Source of the DNA: Firmicutes bacterium CAG:582
GTDB taxonomy: Bacteria > Bacillota_I > Bacilli_A > RF39 > UBA660
Length of the DNA stretch: 64,000 nucleotides
Direction of reading: 5' to 3'
Assembly: GCA_000435515.1 (NCBI GenBank)
Contig: FR884179.1
Span: forward strand, 2,780 to 66,779
The notes below the pieces were generated by a model, which was given only the letters and a program-made list of their open reading frames with translations, was not told the origin of the DNA and did no database searches. The position numbers and the translations under genes were made by a program. Positions 53,703 through 63,476 of this stretch are shown piece after piece. How positions within the stretch are numbered: position 1 is the stretch's first letter; each line of letters starts with the position of its first letter.

Positions 53703-55610
53703 CTAAAAACTATATACTTTTTTCGTATCATAAAGTTCTTCATTAATAGAAACAAAAACACGATATCTATCACTAGGAATATCAATATTAAATACATTAT
53801 TAATATTCTTATCATCTTCATTTTTATAAACAAAAGAATATACTTTACCTCTTCTATTTAAGAAATAAAACTTAACTTCATCATTTTCATTTATTTTATA
53901 ATTTGTTGAAAAAGTATGCTTTGTAAACTCAAATGTATTTATCCATTCCATAGAAGAATCAACATCTATTTCATTTATTGATAAAACATCTAAATCAGAT
54001 TTTTCCACGGTATCAATGATATTAAATTGTTCCAAATCAACATTTTTAGTTTCTTCATCATAAAGATTATGTTTAAATGCACGATACTTACCTTCTTCAG
54101 TAGTAGCTTTAAATACTACTTTATCATTTTCATCCAACTCAATTATTAAACTATATATATCATCAACGTTTTTTTCAACTTCTACTAAACTATTATCACT
54201 TTTATCTCTAAAATCATCTTTTAAAATATAGCCACAATCCATAAACTTATGATTATTTTCTAAAACATTAAATATTCCATATTTTATAGAAAAATACTTT
54301 TTATCAAAATCACTTTTCCAAACAAGATTAGCCACATTATTTTTTATATCATAGATTTCCATAGCTGTATAAGCTGAATTATAATCCCCAACTTTATTGG
54401 ATTTATTTTCAAATGCTACTCCATAACGGTCATATCCGTTATTAAACAAAGCTAAATAACCATCTTTAGTAATTGTTGGAGTATGTTGCCCTAGTGGATA
54501 TCTTCCCGACTTTACTTTAACTAAATATTTTTTCCATACGTCAGAAGAGAATAAAGAATCAGCTCCTGTAAATACATAATTAAGTTTTTTGTTTTTATAA
54601 TCAAAATTAAACACTGTATTTATTTCTCTAAATGATACAACTAGATTTCCATTTTCTTCATCATAATAAAATCCGTTACGTATGGCTTTTGGTCCTAGAT
54701 ATTCTTCAGGAAAATCAGAATCTATTTCTTTTATTACTTCATATATATCAAGACCATCTATAACTTTTCCATCACTAGGATTCATTTCATAAATATATTG
54801 ATGATTAAAATAAATTGCTTTATCTCCACCTGCTAACATATAGTTACCATTTTTTAAAATTTGCATTTCAAATCCATAACCATGTTCCAAATTATAATAA
54901 TTATATATTTTTCCTAAATAATCCATTTCGACTAGACCAACAAAATTTTCACGAACCTGACCTTCAGAAGTACCAATTAAAAAATGTCCATTTGGAAGCC
55001 ACTCAACATCCATACGATTATCAACAGTTAAATAAAATCTTAATTTTCCATCTTTATCCCAGCCAGTAAAATAGGTTTTATATGAAGCAACCGTAAAGAT
55101 TATTCCGTTTTTATCGTTGATAACTTCATTTTTTTCAACATTTAAAGGATATTCAACATTTGCTTTTTCACATTTTATATAATATGTATATTCATACCCA
55201 TCCGTTTTCAAAGTGACTTTATTATTAAAGTCATCATATAAACCATATATTGGAATTACATGTTCTTGAGATTTTTCCATTTTAGTAAAGTATTCATCAT
55301 TAATATACACATCTATTGAATTTTTCTCTTTAGTTTGAAATATAATAATAGCTGATAATGGACTTATACCATAAGGATTTAATTCAACATATGCATTTTC
55401 AACGGTATATTTTTTACTTTTTCTAACCTTATCTAAACGATTATTTACCTTTTCTTGAATACTTACTTGTTCAATTGTTGAAGATAAAGTACTTCCTTTA
55501 AAGTAACTACTTAATCTTCTAGTTTCATTAAAACAATAAACTAAAACTACACCTAAAGTAACTATGATTAATATAATAAGATTAATTAATTTTTTCATAT
55601 CTACCTCCAA
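53703..55610 (-). CDS. membrane-anchored beta-propeller-like protein, possibly arylsulfotransferase (ASST) family
   Basis: N-terminal TM. NPYGISPLSAIIIFQT resembles the ASST N-domain. The rest is beta-rich. Call from memory only. Confidence 0.35.
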   Translation of the reverse strand: MEVDMKKLINLIILIIVTLGVVLVYCFNETRRLSSYFKGSTLSSTIEQVSIQEKVNNRLDKVRKSKKYTVENAYVELNPYGISPLSAIIIFQTKEKNSIDVYINDEYFTKMEKSQEHVIPIYGLYDDFNNKVTLKTDGYEYTYYIKCEKANVEYPLNVEKNEVINDKNGIIFTVASYKTYFTGWDKDGKLRFYLTVDNRMDVEWLPNGHFLIGTSEGQVRENFVGLVEMDYLGKIYNYYNLEHGYGFEMQILKNGNYMLAGGDKAIYFNHQYIYEMNPSDGKVIDGLDIYEVIKEIDSDFPEEYLGPKAIRNGFYYDEENGNLVVSFREINTVFNFDYKNKKLNYVFTGADSLFSSDVWKKYLVKVKSGRYPLGQHTPTITKDGYLALFNNGYDRYGVAFENKSNKVGDYNSAYTAMEIYDIKNNVANLVWKSDFDKKYFSIKYGIFNVLENNHKFMDCGYILKDDFRDKSDNSLVEVEKNVDDIYSLIIELDENDKVVFKATTEEGKYRAFKHNLYDEETKNVDLEQFNIIDTVEKSDLDVLSINEIDVDSSMEWINTFEFTKHTFSTNYKINENDEVKFYFLNRRGKVYSFVYKNEDDKNINNVFNIDIPSDRYRVFVSINEELYDTKKVYSF

Positions 55611-56479
55611 ATATCAAATGATACTTCATTAAAATATCTGTATAATGGATTTAATATTGGATCAACCTCTTTATTTTTTTCTATATCGGCATTTTCATAA
55701 ACTCCTGTTATCTCTAGAGAATTATAAATTGCATGAGTTGTTAATGCACTTAAATAAAAACCTTCATCTGTAAGTTCTAAAAATAATGATGTGTCATTTA
55801 TTAAAATATTATATTGATAATAATTAATAACATTCATCTTTAATTTATCATTGATATTTAAAGAATATCCTTTATTACCAAATGTTAAAGTTATATTATT
55901 TTTACCATTAACTTCAATTTTTTTATCATTAATATTTATTACATAATCGTCCAATCTTAAAGAATAACTTGAAACTTGTTTAATAAATCCATTTGTTTTA
56001 ACATCAATTGTTATAGTTTTAAAATCGGTACTATATATCTGATTTATAATATCTTTATCCAACTCATAAACTATAATATTATTTTTAGTTGTCTTATTAA
56101 CTATTAGTTCTGGTTCTAAAGTTTTTAAACTTGCAAATGTATCAATTATCTTAGTTAAAATAGACATATCAAACTCTAAAAAACCATCCTCATTTTCAAC
56201 AATATATATACCATTATCTAAAGAAAAATTATAATTAAACTCACTGGGATTGCTTTCTCCATGAGCACCCTTATATAGAGCATTAAGTTTTATTTTTCCA
56301 GTTTTATTAAAACTTATATTTATATTTCTTGCATAATCTCCAACTTTAATTATTTTTTCATTTAAATCATTAATAACGTAATCTCTTAACTTAAAATCAT
56401 CATTATATATTGTATGAATACATACAACACTTATAAAAAGAGCAACTATTATAAATAAAGTATTTTTTATTTTTTTCAT
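55601..56479 (-). CDS. hypothetical membrane-anchored protein
   Basis: N-terminal TM and a beta-rich ectodomain. Overlaps the downstream gene by 10 nt. Confidence 0.4.
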   Translation of the reverse strand: MKKIKNTLFIIVALFISVVCIHTIYNDDFKLRDYVINDLNEKIIKVGDYARNINISFNKTGKIKLNALYKGAHGESNPSEFNYNFSLDNGIYIVENEDGFLEFDMSILTKIIDTFASLKTLEPELIVNKTTKNNIIVYELDKDIINQIYSTDFKTITIDVKTNGFIKQVSSYSLRLDDYVININDKKIEVNGKNNITLTFGNKGYSLNINDKLKMNVINYYQYNILINDTSLFLELTDEGFYLSALTTHAIYNSLEITGVYENADIEKNKEVDPILNPLYRYFNEVSFDIWR

Positions 56480-56541
56480 ATTATCACCTATTGTATTAAT
56501 ATTATAACAACTAATAAATAAAAAAAAAAGTGCAACAAAGG

Positions 56542-57741
56542 TTACACTGGTGTATTTTGTAAAGTAACACAGTTAGAAAATCCACTAAAAGAACAAACTG
56601 TAGACATATCCTTGCTTGCCAAATTAAATGCACTTTCATTATATGCCCTTATAGTGGATGATGTTAGCTTGATTTCACCTAATTTAGTTAAATTATATCC
56701 AGAAATCATAAATATATTATTTGTTAAATAAAGATATATTTCATGTTTTTGTTTGACATTATTGATTAATACATATCCTCTAATATCACTTTTTTTCAAA
56801 TCATTTACTACATCTAAAATATAAACATTTTCCTGTAAAGTTATATTGTTTAAGGAATTTATTACATCATTTACTTTACTATGAAAATTTTCTTTTCCAC
56901 CATCTTTATCATACGAAAGATCATTTAAATTGCTACAGCCTTTCTTACTATATGAACGACATATATCTGCAACAGTTTTAGTTGAAATTTTCTCATCTTT
57001 TTTCATTATTTTTGATTTTTTAAATTCATCAACATATTTATAGTTAACATACATATACATATCATTATAAACTGTATAAACATATTTTATCTCACTTATA
57101 TCTTGAGCATCCACAATAATATATCCCGAAAACTCATCTTGATTAACTTCGTAATAATATATACCACTTGTATTAATCCCATTAATACTTTTTATTTTTT
57201 CAATTAATTTTGATTGAACATCATTTAAACCCGAGATAAATATATCTTTTGAACTTAAATTATCTTGAACTTTAAACTCGCCAGCTAAATTAATTTTATC
57301 TTCTAAATAAGATTTTATAACAATCTTTATTGACATATTTGTCTTTTTATAAGCAATTAAATTATATATCAACTTATCAGTTAAAATACTTTCATCCTTA
57401 AGCAATTGATAATTATCTTCACTTATTTTATAGTAGATTGAATATTTAACTAGTTCATTTGAAACATTTAAATCATTAATGTTTATTGAAAGAGTTACAT
57501 CCTTGTCTGTTTCATTTTTTATATCAATATATTTCTCATAAACATTTCCATATGTAATATCTGTATTAAACAAATTTCCAGCTTTATATGTTACTCCTAT
57601 ATCAACATTATCAACTAGTATTTTGCTTATATAATCGTTTTCATAATCTCCTTTAGAATCTTTTCTTTTAAACAAAAAAGAGATGCTTATTCCCAAAATA
57701 AAAACGATTATAATTATAATAAATGGTAACTTATTTTTCAT
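56542..57741 (-). CDS. hypothetical membrane-anchored protein
   Basis: N-terminal TM. No recognised motif. First gene of an apparent three-gene operon. Confidence 0.4.
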   Translation of the reverse strand: MKNKLPFIIIIIVFILGISISFLFKRKDSKGDYENDYISKILVDNVDIGVTYKAGNLFNTDITYGNVYEKYIDIKNETDKDVTLSININDLNVSNELVKYSIYYKISEDNYQLLKDESILTDKLIYNLIAYKKTNMSIKIVIKSYLEDKINLAGEFKVQDNLSSKDIFISGLNDVQSKLIEKIKSINGINTSGIYYYEVNQDEFSGYIIVDAQDISEIKYVYTVYNDMYMYVNYKYVDEFKKSKIMKKDEKISTKTVADICRSYSKKGCSNLNDLSYDKDGGKENFHSKVNDVINSLNNITLQENVYILDVVNDLKKSDIRGYVLINNVKQKHEIYLYLTNNIFMISGYNLTKLGEIKLTSSTIRAYNESAFNLASKDMSTVCSFSGFSNCVTLQNTPV

Positions 57742-57792
57742 ATCATCACCCTATTTTAATTATAATCGGCTTTTAAATTCATTTCAACTACT

Positions 57793-58116
57793 TTAGTTTT
57801 TAACTTTAAAAATTAATGTTACAATAGCTGCACATAAAATAGAAGATACTATACCTGTAGAAACATTTCCAAGCATATTTAAAATACCTAATTTTAATGC
57901 GCCATTATAAAGAGTATTACCAAAAGACATAATCACTACACTTGCTCCTCCTCCAAAGAACTTTACAAGTTTATCATAAATTCCCAAAAATCCGAGTAAA
58001 GCTCCAATAGAAACAAACAAACTAGTGATATGTCCACTTGTAAGTTTAGTATTATCTTTAATAATTTGTGCAATAACACAAACAATTCCTGTAAATATAA
58101 ATGATTTAATTATCAT
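57793..58116 (-). CDS. spoVAE: stage V sporulation protein AE (SpoVAEB-type)
   Basis: 107-aa polytopic protein with ...GHITSLFVSIGALLGFLGIYDKLVKFFGGGASVVIMSFGN... Conserved spoVAC-AD-AE order. Confidence 0.85.
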   Translation of the reverse strand: MIIKSFIFTGIVCVIAQIIKDNTKLTSGHITSLFVSIGALLGFLGIYDKLVKFFGGGASVVIMSFGNTLYNGALKLGILNMLGNVSTGIVSSILCAAIVTLIFKVKN

Positions 58117-59072
58117 AATACCTCCAATTCTACCACGTGAGCAATTGCTGGGATTGATTTTTTTTGATTAACAAGTGTAGGATTATGCAATGCACCAGTT
58201 CCAACAATAAGTATTTTCTTATTTCTTTTACTTAGTAAAACCTTATTGAATAGATAAAGTGGCAACACAACTGGACCACTTGCTCCACTTAATTTGTTTT
58301 GATTACTTTTATATAAACTAGCACCCGCATCAATTATATTAGATGCACTCATTCCATATTCTTCTTTTAAAATCATCAGTAAAAGTTCATTTCCTAAAGA
58401 GCCAAGATCACCTGTTAAAACAACATCATAATCATTTACTTTTTTATGCATATTCTTTAAATGTTCAACGATAGCCTTAGAAGCAGCTGGAGCCATAACT
58501 GCTCCCATATTTGCAACATCTTTAATATCATAATCAACTACGCTTCCAATTGTCGATGAAATAATTTTACATTTAGTTGTTTCATTAGATATTACACACC
58601 CAACACTTCCAGTTGCCGTAACAGTTGTATATTTTGCCTTTAATGAACCATATTCTATGGGGAATCTAAACTGTCTTTCACTCGTAAGTTCATGTGAACT
58701 TGTCAATAAACAAACTTTGTTTATTTGTTTTGAGGATATAAAATTAGCACCAATGATCATTGATTCTACAAAACTTGCACAAGCACCATAAACTCCTAAA
58801 AATGACATATTATTATTTTTTAATGTATAGTTCATACATCCAAGTTGATTTGATAGATCTCCTCCAATTACCAAATTGAAATCATGTACACTGGATAAAT
58901 TATTGATAACTGTCTTTTGCATCTTTATTTCTGCATCCTCTAAAGTCTTTTCTCCATAATATTTATCCTTTAAAACCATATTAACATTTTTAATGTTACC
59001 ATTTGCTTCATCACTTCCACATATTGTAAACCAATTATTCACATAAACATTATTGTATTTTATAGTAACCAT
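58113..59072 (-). CDS. spoVAD: stage V sporulation protein AD
   Basis: Thiolase-like SpoVAD sequence (...GGDLSNQL...GVYGACASFVESM...). Sits between spoVAC and spoVAE. Confidence 0.9.
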   Translation of the reverse strand: MVTIKYNNVYVNNWFTICGSDEANGNIKNVNMVLKDKYYGEKTLEDAEIKMQKTVINNLSSVHDFNLVIGGDLSNQLGCMNYTLKNNNMSFLGVYGACASFVESMIIGANFISSKQINKVCLLTSSHELTSERQFRFPIEYGSLKAKYTTVTATGSVGCVISNETTKCKIISSTIGSVVDYDIKDVANMGAVMAPAASKAIVEHLKNMHKKVNDYDVVLTGDLGSLGNELLLMILKEEYGMSASNIIDAGASLYKSNQNKLSGASGPVVLPLYLFNKVLLSKRNKKILIVGTGALHNPTLVNQKKSIPAIAHVVELEVL

Positions 59073-59461
59073 ATTAATCCTTTCACTAAAGCAAGTACAC
59101 TTGCAGATAATATTCCATATAGAATAACACTTCCAGCCAGTTTAAAATAGTTGCTTCCAATTCCAGTAATAAGTCCTTCATTTTTATATTCTAAAGAGGA
59201 TGAGGTAACTGAATGAGAAAATCCTGTAATTGGAATAATTACCCCCATTTTAAACTTATCAACAATATCATCAAAAACTCCAAGTCCAGTTAAAAAAGAC
59301 GCGAGAACAATCCATATAACAAGCATGTATTCAACCGAGAAACATTTTACTAAAATTTCTGAAATTGCTCCAATGGTTCCTCCAGATAAAAAAGCAATAA
59401 GCATATTTTTTAATCTATTCTCTTTTGGAGTTAAAGATTCAACTAACTTTTTATAATTCAT
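59060..59461 (-). CDS. spoVAC: stage V sporulation protein AC
   Basis: ...LIAFLSGGTIGAISEIL...GVIIPITGFSHS...GLITGIGSNYFKLAGSVILYG..., typical of SpoVAC. Confidence 0.9.
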   Translation of the reverse strand: MNYKKLVESLTPKENRLKNMLIAFLSGGTIGAISEILVKCFSVEYMLVIWIVLASFLTGLGVFDDIVDKFKMGVIIPITGFSHSVTSSSLEYKNEGLITGIGSNYFKLAGSVILYGILSASVLALVKGLIWLL

Positions 59462-59493
59462 ATAAAAACCTCCATTTATATTATGGAGATTTT

Positions 59494-60108
59494 TTAGGAA
59501 ATATATTCAAGCAATTCTTGTTTTCCTTTACTTTCCAATCTTGACACTTTTACCTGAGATATTCCCAAGACTTTAGCAACTTCACTTTGAGTCATATCCT
59601 CTTTATATCTATACTTAAGTACTAAAGATGATAAAGGATCTAAAGATTCAATTGACTCCATCAAAATCATCTCATCTTCATTTATGGAATTAACACCTAT
59701 TTGAATATTTTCATATTCATCATCTAAACTGAACATCTCTTCACAAAGCATCGATACATATTCGATTTCTTCCAGAGGAAATTCAATATAATCACTTATT
59801 TCTTTAAATGATGGTTCCTTATTTAAAACCTGTGCCAAATATGATCTTGCTTTAATTACAAGTTTATATAAATTGAGATAATACTTATTGAGTTTAATGT
59901 TACGACTTTTAACTGATAGTTCATACATCTCCCCAAAAATGTATTTATAAGCATAATTTAAAAAAGGTCCAAACTCCTCTTTATAGTTTTTTTGTGCTTT
60001 AATAAGCCCCAAATACCCAGCTTGGTAAAGATCTTCCTTTTCTACATTATAAAATTTCTTTGCTACTCTACGTATTAAAAATTCTTCTTCAGAAATTATT
60101 TTTTCCAC
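59494..60108 (-). CDS. sigF: sporulation sigma factor, SigF-type (short, 204 aa)
   Basis: Region 2 DLYQAGYLGLIKAQKNY. Region 4 RYKEDMTQSEVAKVLGISQVKVSRLESKG matches the SigF/G/B group. Lies between spoIIAA and spoVAC. The GTG start overlaps the spoIIAA stop (TAGTG). Confidence 0.8.
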   Translation of the reverse strand: MEKIISEEEFLIRRVAKKFYNVEKEDLYQAGYLGLIKAQKNYKEEFGPFLNYAYKYIFGEMYELSVKSRNIKLNKYYLNLYKLVIKARSYLAQVLNKEPSFKEISDYIEFPLEEIEYVSMLCEEMFSLDDEYENIQIGVNSINEDEMILMESIESLDPLSSLVLKYRYKEDMTQSEVAKVLGISQVKVSRLESKGKQELLEYIS

Positions 60109-60425
60109 TAAATTTTTAAAAGATCTAAAGCAACCAATTCATCAGTTATTTTATCAAATCTCAAACAAGTATTTACTTTATTATTTATTAATAATACACG
60201 ACCATCATTTTCTTTAACACTTTTTCCACCACTTAAAAGAGCATTTTCACCAACTGAATCAATAGATGAAAGTCCCTCTAAATTATAAACCATGTATTTT
60301 ATTCCATAATCTTCAATAATAGGTAATGTATATTCCATGAATTTTGGTGCAGTATTTTTATTTAAATTGCCCTTAAGTCTTACAAACAATATTCCCTTCC
60401 GATACTCTAAATTAATCTTCAACAT
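60108..60425 (-). CDS. spoIIAA: anti-sigma-F factor antagonist SpoIIAA (STAS domain)
   Basis: STAS fold with the conserved phospho-Ser context NLEGLSSIDSVGENAL (compare LSFMDSSGLG). The start is moved to MLKINLEY because GGGTGA lies upstream of it. Confidence 0.8.
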   Translation of the reverse strand: MLKINLEYRKGILFVRLKGNLNKNTAPKFMEYTLPIIEDYGIKYMVYNLEGLSSIDSVGENALLSGGKSVKENDGRVLLINNKVNTCLRFDKITDELVALDLLKI

Positions 60426-60497
60426 TTTTATCACCCACATTCGTTATAACTTAAATTAAATACGTATAAAAGAGATTCGACAAAATGATATTTTATC

Positions 60498-61646
60498 TTA
60501 CTTTTTTCTATGTAAAGTAAATATGATTATCTGTAAAGTAATAATAAGAAGAATAACGATTACTATAAATTTAATATTACTTGTTTTTTCTTTTGGAACT
60601 ATTTCATTAAATAAAGGTTCAGCTTGTAAAATCTCATTTTCTTCTAAATCTAAACCATTATTCTCATCACCGACTAATTTAGTTGTTGTAGTAGAAACTT
60701 TTTTTGGTTTAACCATTCTTGTAGTTGTTTTTGTAACCTTACTAGTTTTATCAATTGAAACGTCATCACTTATTTCTTCTTTTATTCTCGTATAGTAATT
60801 ATATTTAGTTATATAATCGTCATAAATTAAATTTTCTCCTTCAGTTACATAATCATTTAAAATAACTTTTTCTTCTCCATAACAATGATATTTCTTTATT
60901 TCTTTTTTGTAATATGGATTTAAAGATTCAAAAGTCTGACCATTTCCATTAGTAAAGCCATAATTTATAGACCCATATTTATTTTTAAGTTCATTAAAGT
61001 TAAGATCGTCAACAAAATATATATGGTTTGCTAAATTTTTAACAACTATTGTAGGTCCATTCTGAAAAAGATACATTGCTTTTGAATGAATTTCATCACC
61101 TATGATATTTATTATAATATCTTTTGCCAAATAACGACTTTGAATAAAAACCCCTATTTTATTACCATAAGATAAAGTGTAATAAGTACTTCTATCTCCA
61201 TCATTTAAATTTTTATAAATCTCTTTATTAGAATCCATAAATACATAATCGACCTTTTTATCACCACTAAAAACTTCAATTTCATATATTTTTACAGGTT
61301 CATCAAAATCATAAAAAGAGAAAGCTGTAAGAATAGAACTTGATGAAATTCCAACTGGTTGATATTTAATTCCTCCTGGTATTTCTTCCTTTGATTCTAC
61401 AGTTTCTAAAATATAGTCTGATGTATCACAGTTAATACACTCTTCTTTGTAACCCAAATCAACTTTCTTTATTTCATAAGTATTATAAAGTTTAACCTCC
61501 TCTCTTTTTAAAGTATCAGTTTCTTCCATATATTTATCAGTATTCATAATGAATTCTTGATATTCACCATAAACAACATTTGCATATACAAAAGACGGAC
61601 TTATAATCAAAAGTATAATTATAAGTATCAATATTTTTTTCTTCAT
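60498..61646 (-). CDS. hypothetical secreted protein with a C-terminal TM anchor
   Basis: Signal peptide, a Thr-rich stalk (KVTKTTTRMVKPKKVSTTTTK), and a C-terminal hydrophobic helix followed by HRKK. Confidence 0.4.
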   Translation of the reverse strand: MKKKILILIIILLIISPSFVYANVVYGEYQEFIMNTDKYMEETDTLKREEVKLYNTYEIKKVDLGYKEECINCDTSDYILETVESKEEIPGGIKYQPVGISSSSILTAFSFYDFDEPVKIYEIEVFSGDKKVDYVFMDSNKEIYKNLNDGDRSTYYTLSYGNKIGVFIQSRYLAKDIIINIIGDEIHSKAMYLFQNGPTIVVKNLANHIYFVDDLNFNELKNKYGSINYGFTNGNGQTFESLNPYYKKEIKKYHCYGEEKVILNDYVTEGENLIYDDYITKYNYYTRIKEEISDDVSIDKTSKVTKTTTRMVKPKKVSTTTTKLVGDENNGLDLEENEILQAEPLFNEIVPKEKTSNIKFIVIVILLIITLQIIIFTLHRKK

Positions 61647-61723
61647 ATATCCTCCCTTCTACTTATATATTTCGCGATAAAAATCAATTTTTCTTCTTTT
61701 TTACACCTTTTTTTAATATGAAA

Positions 61724-61752
61724 TAGACAATTAAGCAAAATTATAGTATAAT
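61724..61752 (+). promoter_or_regulatory. sigma-A promoter of rnj
   Basis: TAGACA, 17 nt, TATAAT, about 48 nt upstream of the ATG. AGGAGG SD. Confidence 0.6.
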
Positions 61753-61800
61753 CATAAGTACCTGGAATCTTTATTATAAACTTAATTTAGGAGGAAATTT

Positions 61801-63471
61801 ATGAAAGAAACAGAGTCCACTACGTCTGTTTTTGCTTTAGGTGGCTTAGGCGAAGTTGGAAAAAATATGTATGTTATTGAACATGAAAATGAAATAGTTA
61901 TTATCGATGCTGGAGTTATGTTTCCAGAGGACGACTTACTTGGAATAGATTATGTTATCCAAGATGTAACATATTTAAAACAAAATGAAAAGAAAATAAA
62001 GGCATTAGTTATTACCCATGGACATGAAGATCATATAGGAGGAATTACATTCTTACTTCAAAATGTAAATATTCCAGTTATTTATGCATCTCAAATTGCA
62101 AGTGACTTAATCAAGAAAAAATTAGATGACAAAAATATGAAATATGAAAATATAATAGTTTATAATAAAGATACCGTCATCAAATTTAAAAAATTAAGTG
62201 TAGAATTTATTACAACAACACACTCAATCCCAGATTCATTTGCAATCGTTATTCATACACCAAACGGCGATATTATTCATACAGGTGACTTCAAATTTGA
62301 TTTAACTCCAATTGGTCCAATGGCGGATATTCATAAAATGGCTGCATTAGGAACTAATGGAGTAAAATTACTTTTATCAGAAAGTACAAACGCTTTATCT
62401 CCAGGTTTTTCTGCAAGTGAAGCAATCGTTGATGAAGCTTTAGGTGATATTTTTGCTAAATCAAGTACAAATAGAATTATTCTAGCAACGTTTGCATCAA
62501 ATATCTATAGAATCAAGCACATAGTTGAAACTTGTCGCGAAAACAATCGTAAGATTATAACTTTTGGTAGAAGTATGGAATCTGCTAAAGAAATTGCATT
62601 AAAAAATGGTCTTATCAAAGATCCAACAATTTTTATAGATACGAATCAAGCTAAAGATTTAAAGAAAAATGAAATATGTATTTTATGTACAGGTTCTCAA
62701 GGTGAACCACTTGCTGCTTTATCAAGAATAGCAAATGGAACTCATAAGCAAGTTCAATTAATGCCAGATGATATAATCGTGTTCTCATCTAATCCAATAC
62801 CAGGAAATTCACAAAGCATTAATAGAATTATTAATAAACTTTACTTAAAAGGGGTTAAAGTTTATACAAATTCAGATGTTTCAGATATTCATACTTCTGG
62901 ACATGCTAAAGCTGAGGAATTAAAATGGATGTTAAGACTTATTAAACCTGAGTATTTAATGCCAATTCATGGAGAATATCATATGTTAAAAGCTCATAAA
63001 GATTTAGCTGTTTCCTGTGATATTCCAGAAAAGAATGTTTTCATTTGTAAAAATGGTGATGTTGTTTTAATGGATAAAAATGGATGTCGAAGAGGAAAAA
63101 GAGTTCAAGCCGGAGATGTTTATGTTGATGGATCTCGAATTGGAGACATTGGTTCAGTTGTCATAAAAGATAGAAAACTTATGAGTAAAGATGGTGTTTT
63201 AATAGCTATATTAAACATTGATTATTCTAAACATACTTTAATGATTAAACCAAATATCACAACAAGAGGATTCGTTCTTGTAAATGAAAATGCATCATTA
63301 ATAAGAGAAATAGAATACAAAGTTACAGAAATAGTTAACAAAGCTTTAAATGGACGCTACAACGTAACAGACATTAAAAATCAAGTAATACTTGAATTAA
63401 ATATGTTTATAAATGAAAAAACTGGAAGAAGACCTATGATTCTACCAGTTATCATGGAAGTGAAGAAATAA
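61801..63471 (+). CDS. rnj: ribonuclease J
   Basis: Metallo-beta-lactamase / beta-CASP protein: ITHGHEDHIGG, ...HTGDFKFD..., ...HTSGHA..., with the RNase J C-terminal domain. Confidence 0.95.
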   Translation: MKETESTTSVFALGGLGEVGKNMYVIEHENEIVIIDAGVMFPEDDLLGIDYVIQDVTYLKQNEKKIKALVITHGHEDHIGGITFLLQNVNIPVIYASQIASDLIKKKLDDKNMKYENIIVYNKDTVIKFKKLSVEFITTTHSIPDSFAIVIHTPNGDIIHTGDFKFDLTPIGPMADIHKMAALGTNGVKLLLSESTNALSPGFSASEAIVDEALGDIFAKSSTNRIILATFASNIYRIKHIVETCRENNRKIITFGRSMESAKEIALKNGLIKDPTIFIDTNQAKDLKKNEICILCTGSQGEPLAALSRIANGTHKQVQLMPDDIIVFSSNPIPGNSQSINRIINKLYLKGVKVYTNSDVSDIHTSGHAKAEELKWMLRLIKPEYLMPIHGEYHMLKAHKDLAVSCDIPEKNVFICKNGDVVLMDKNGCRRGKRVQAGDVYVDGSRIGDIGSVVIKDRKLMSKDGVLIAILNIDYSKHTLMIKPNITTRGFVLVNENASLIREIEYKVTEIVNKALNGRYNVTDIKNQVILELNMFINEKTGRRPMILPVIMEVKK

Positions 63472-63476
63472 TACCT

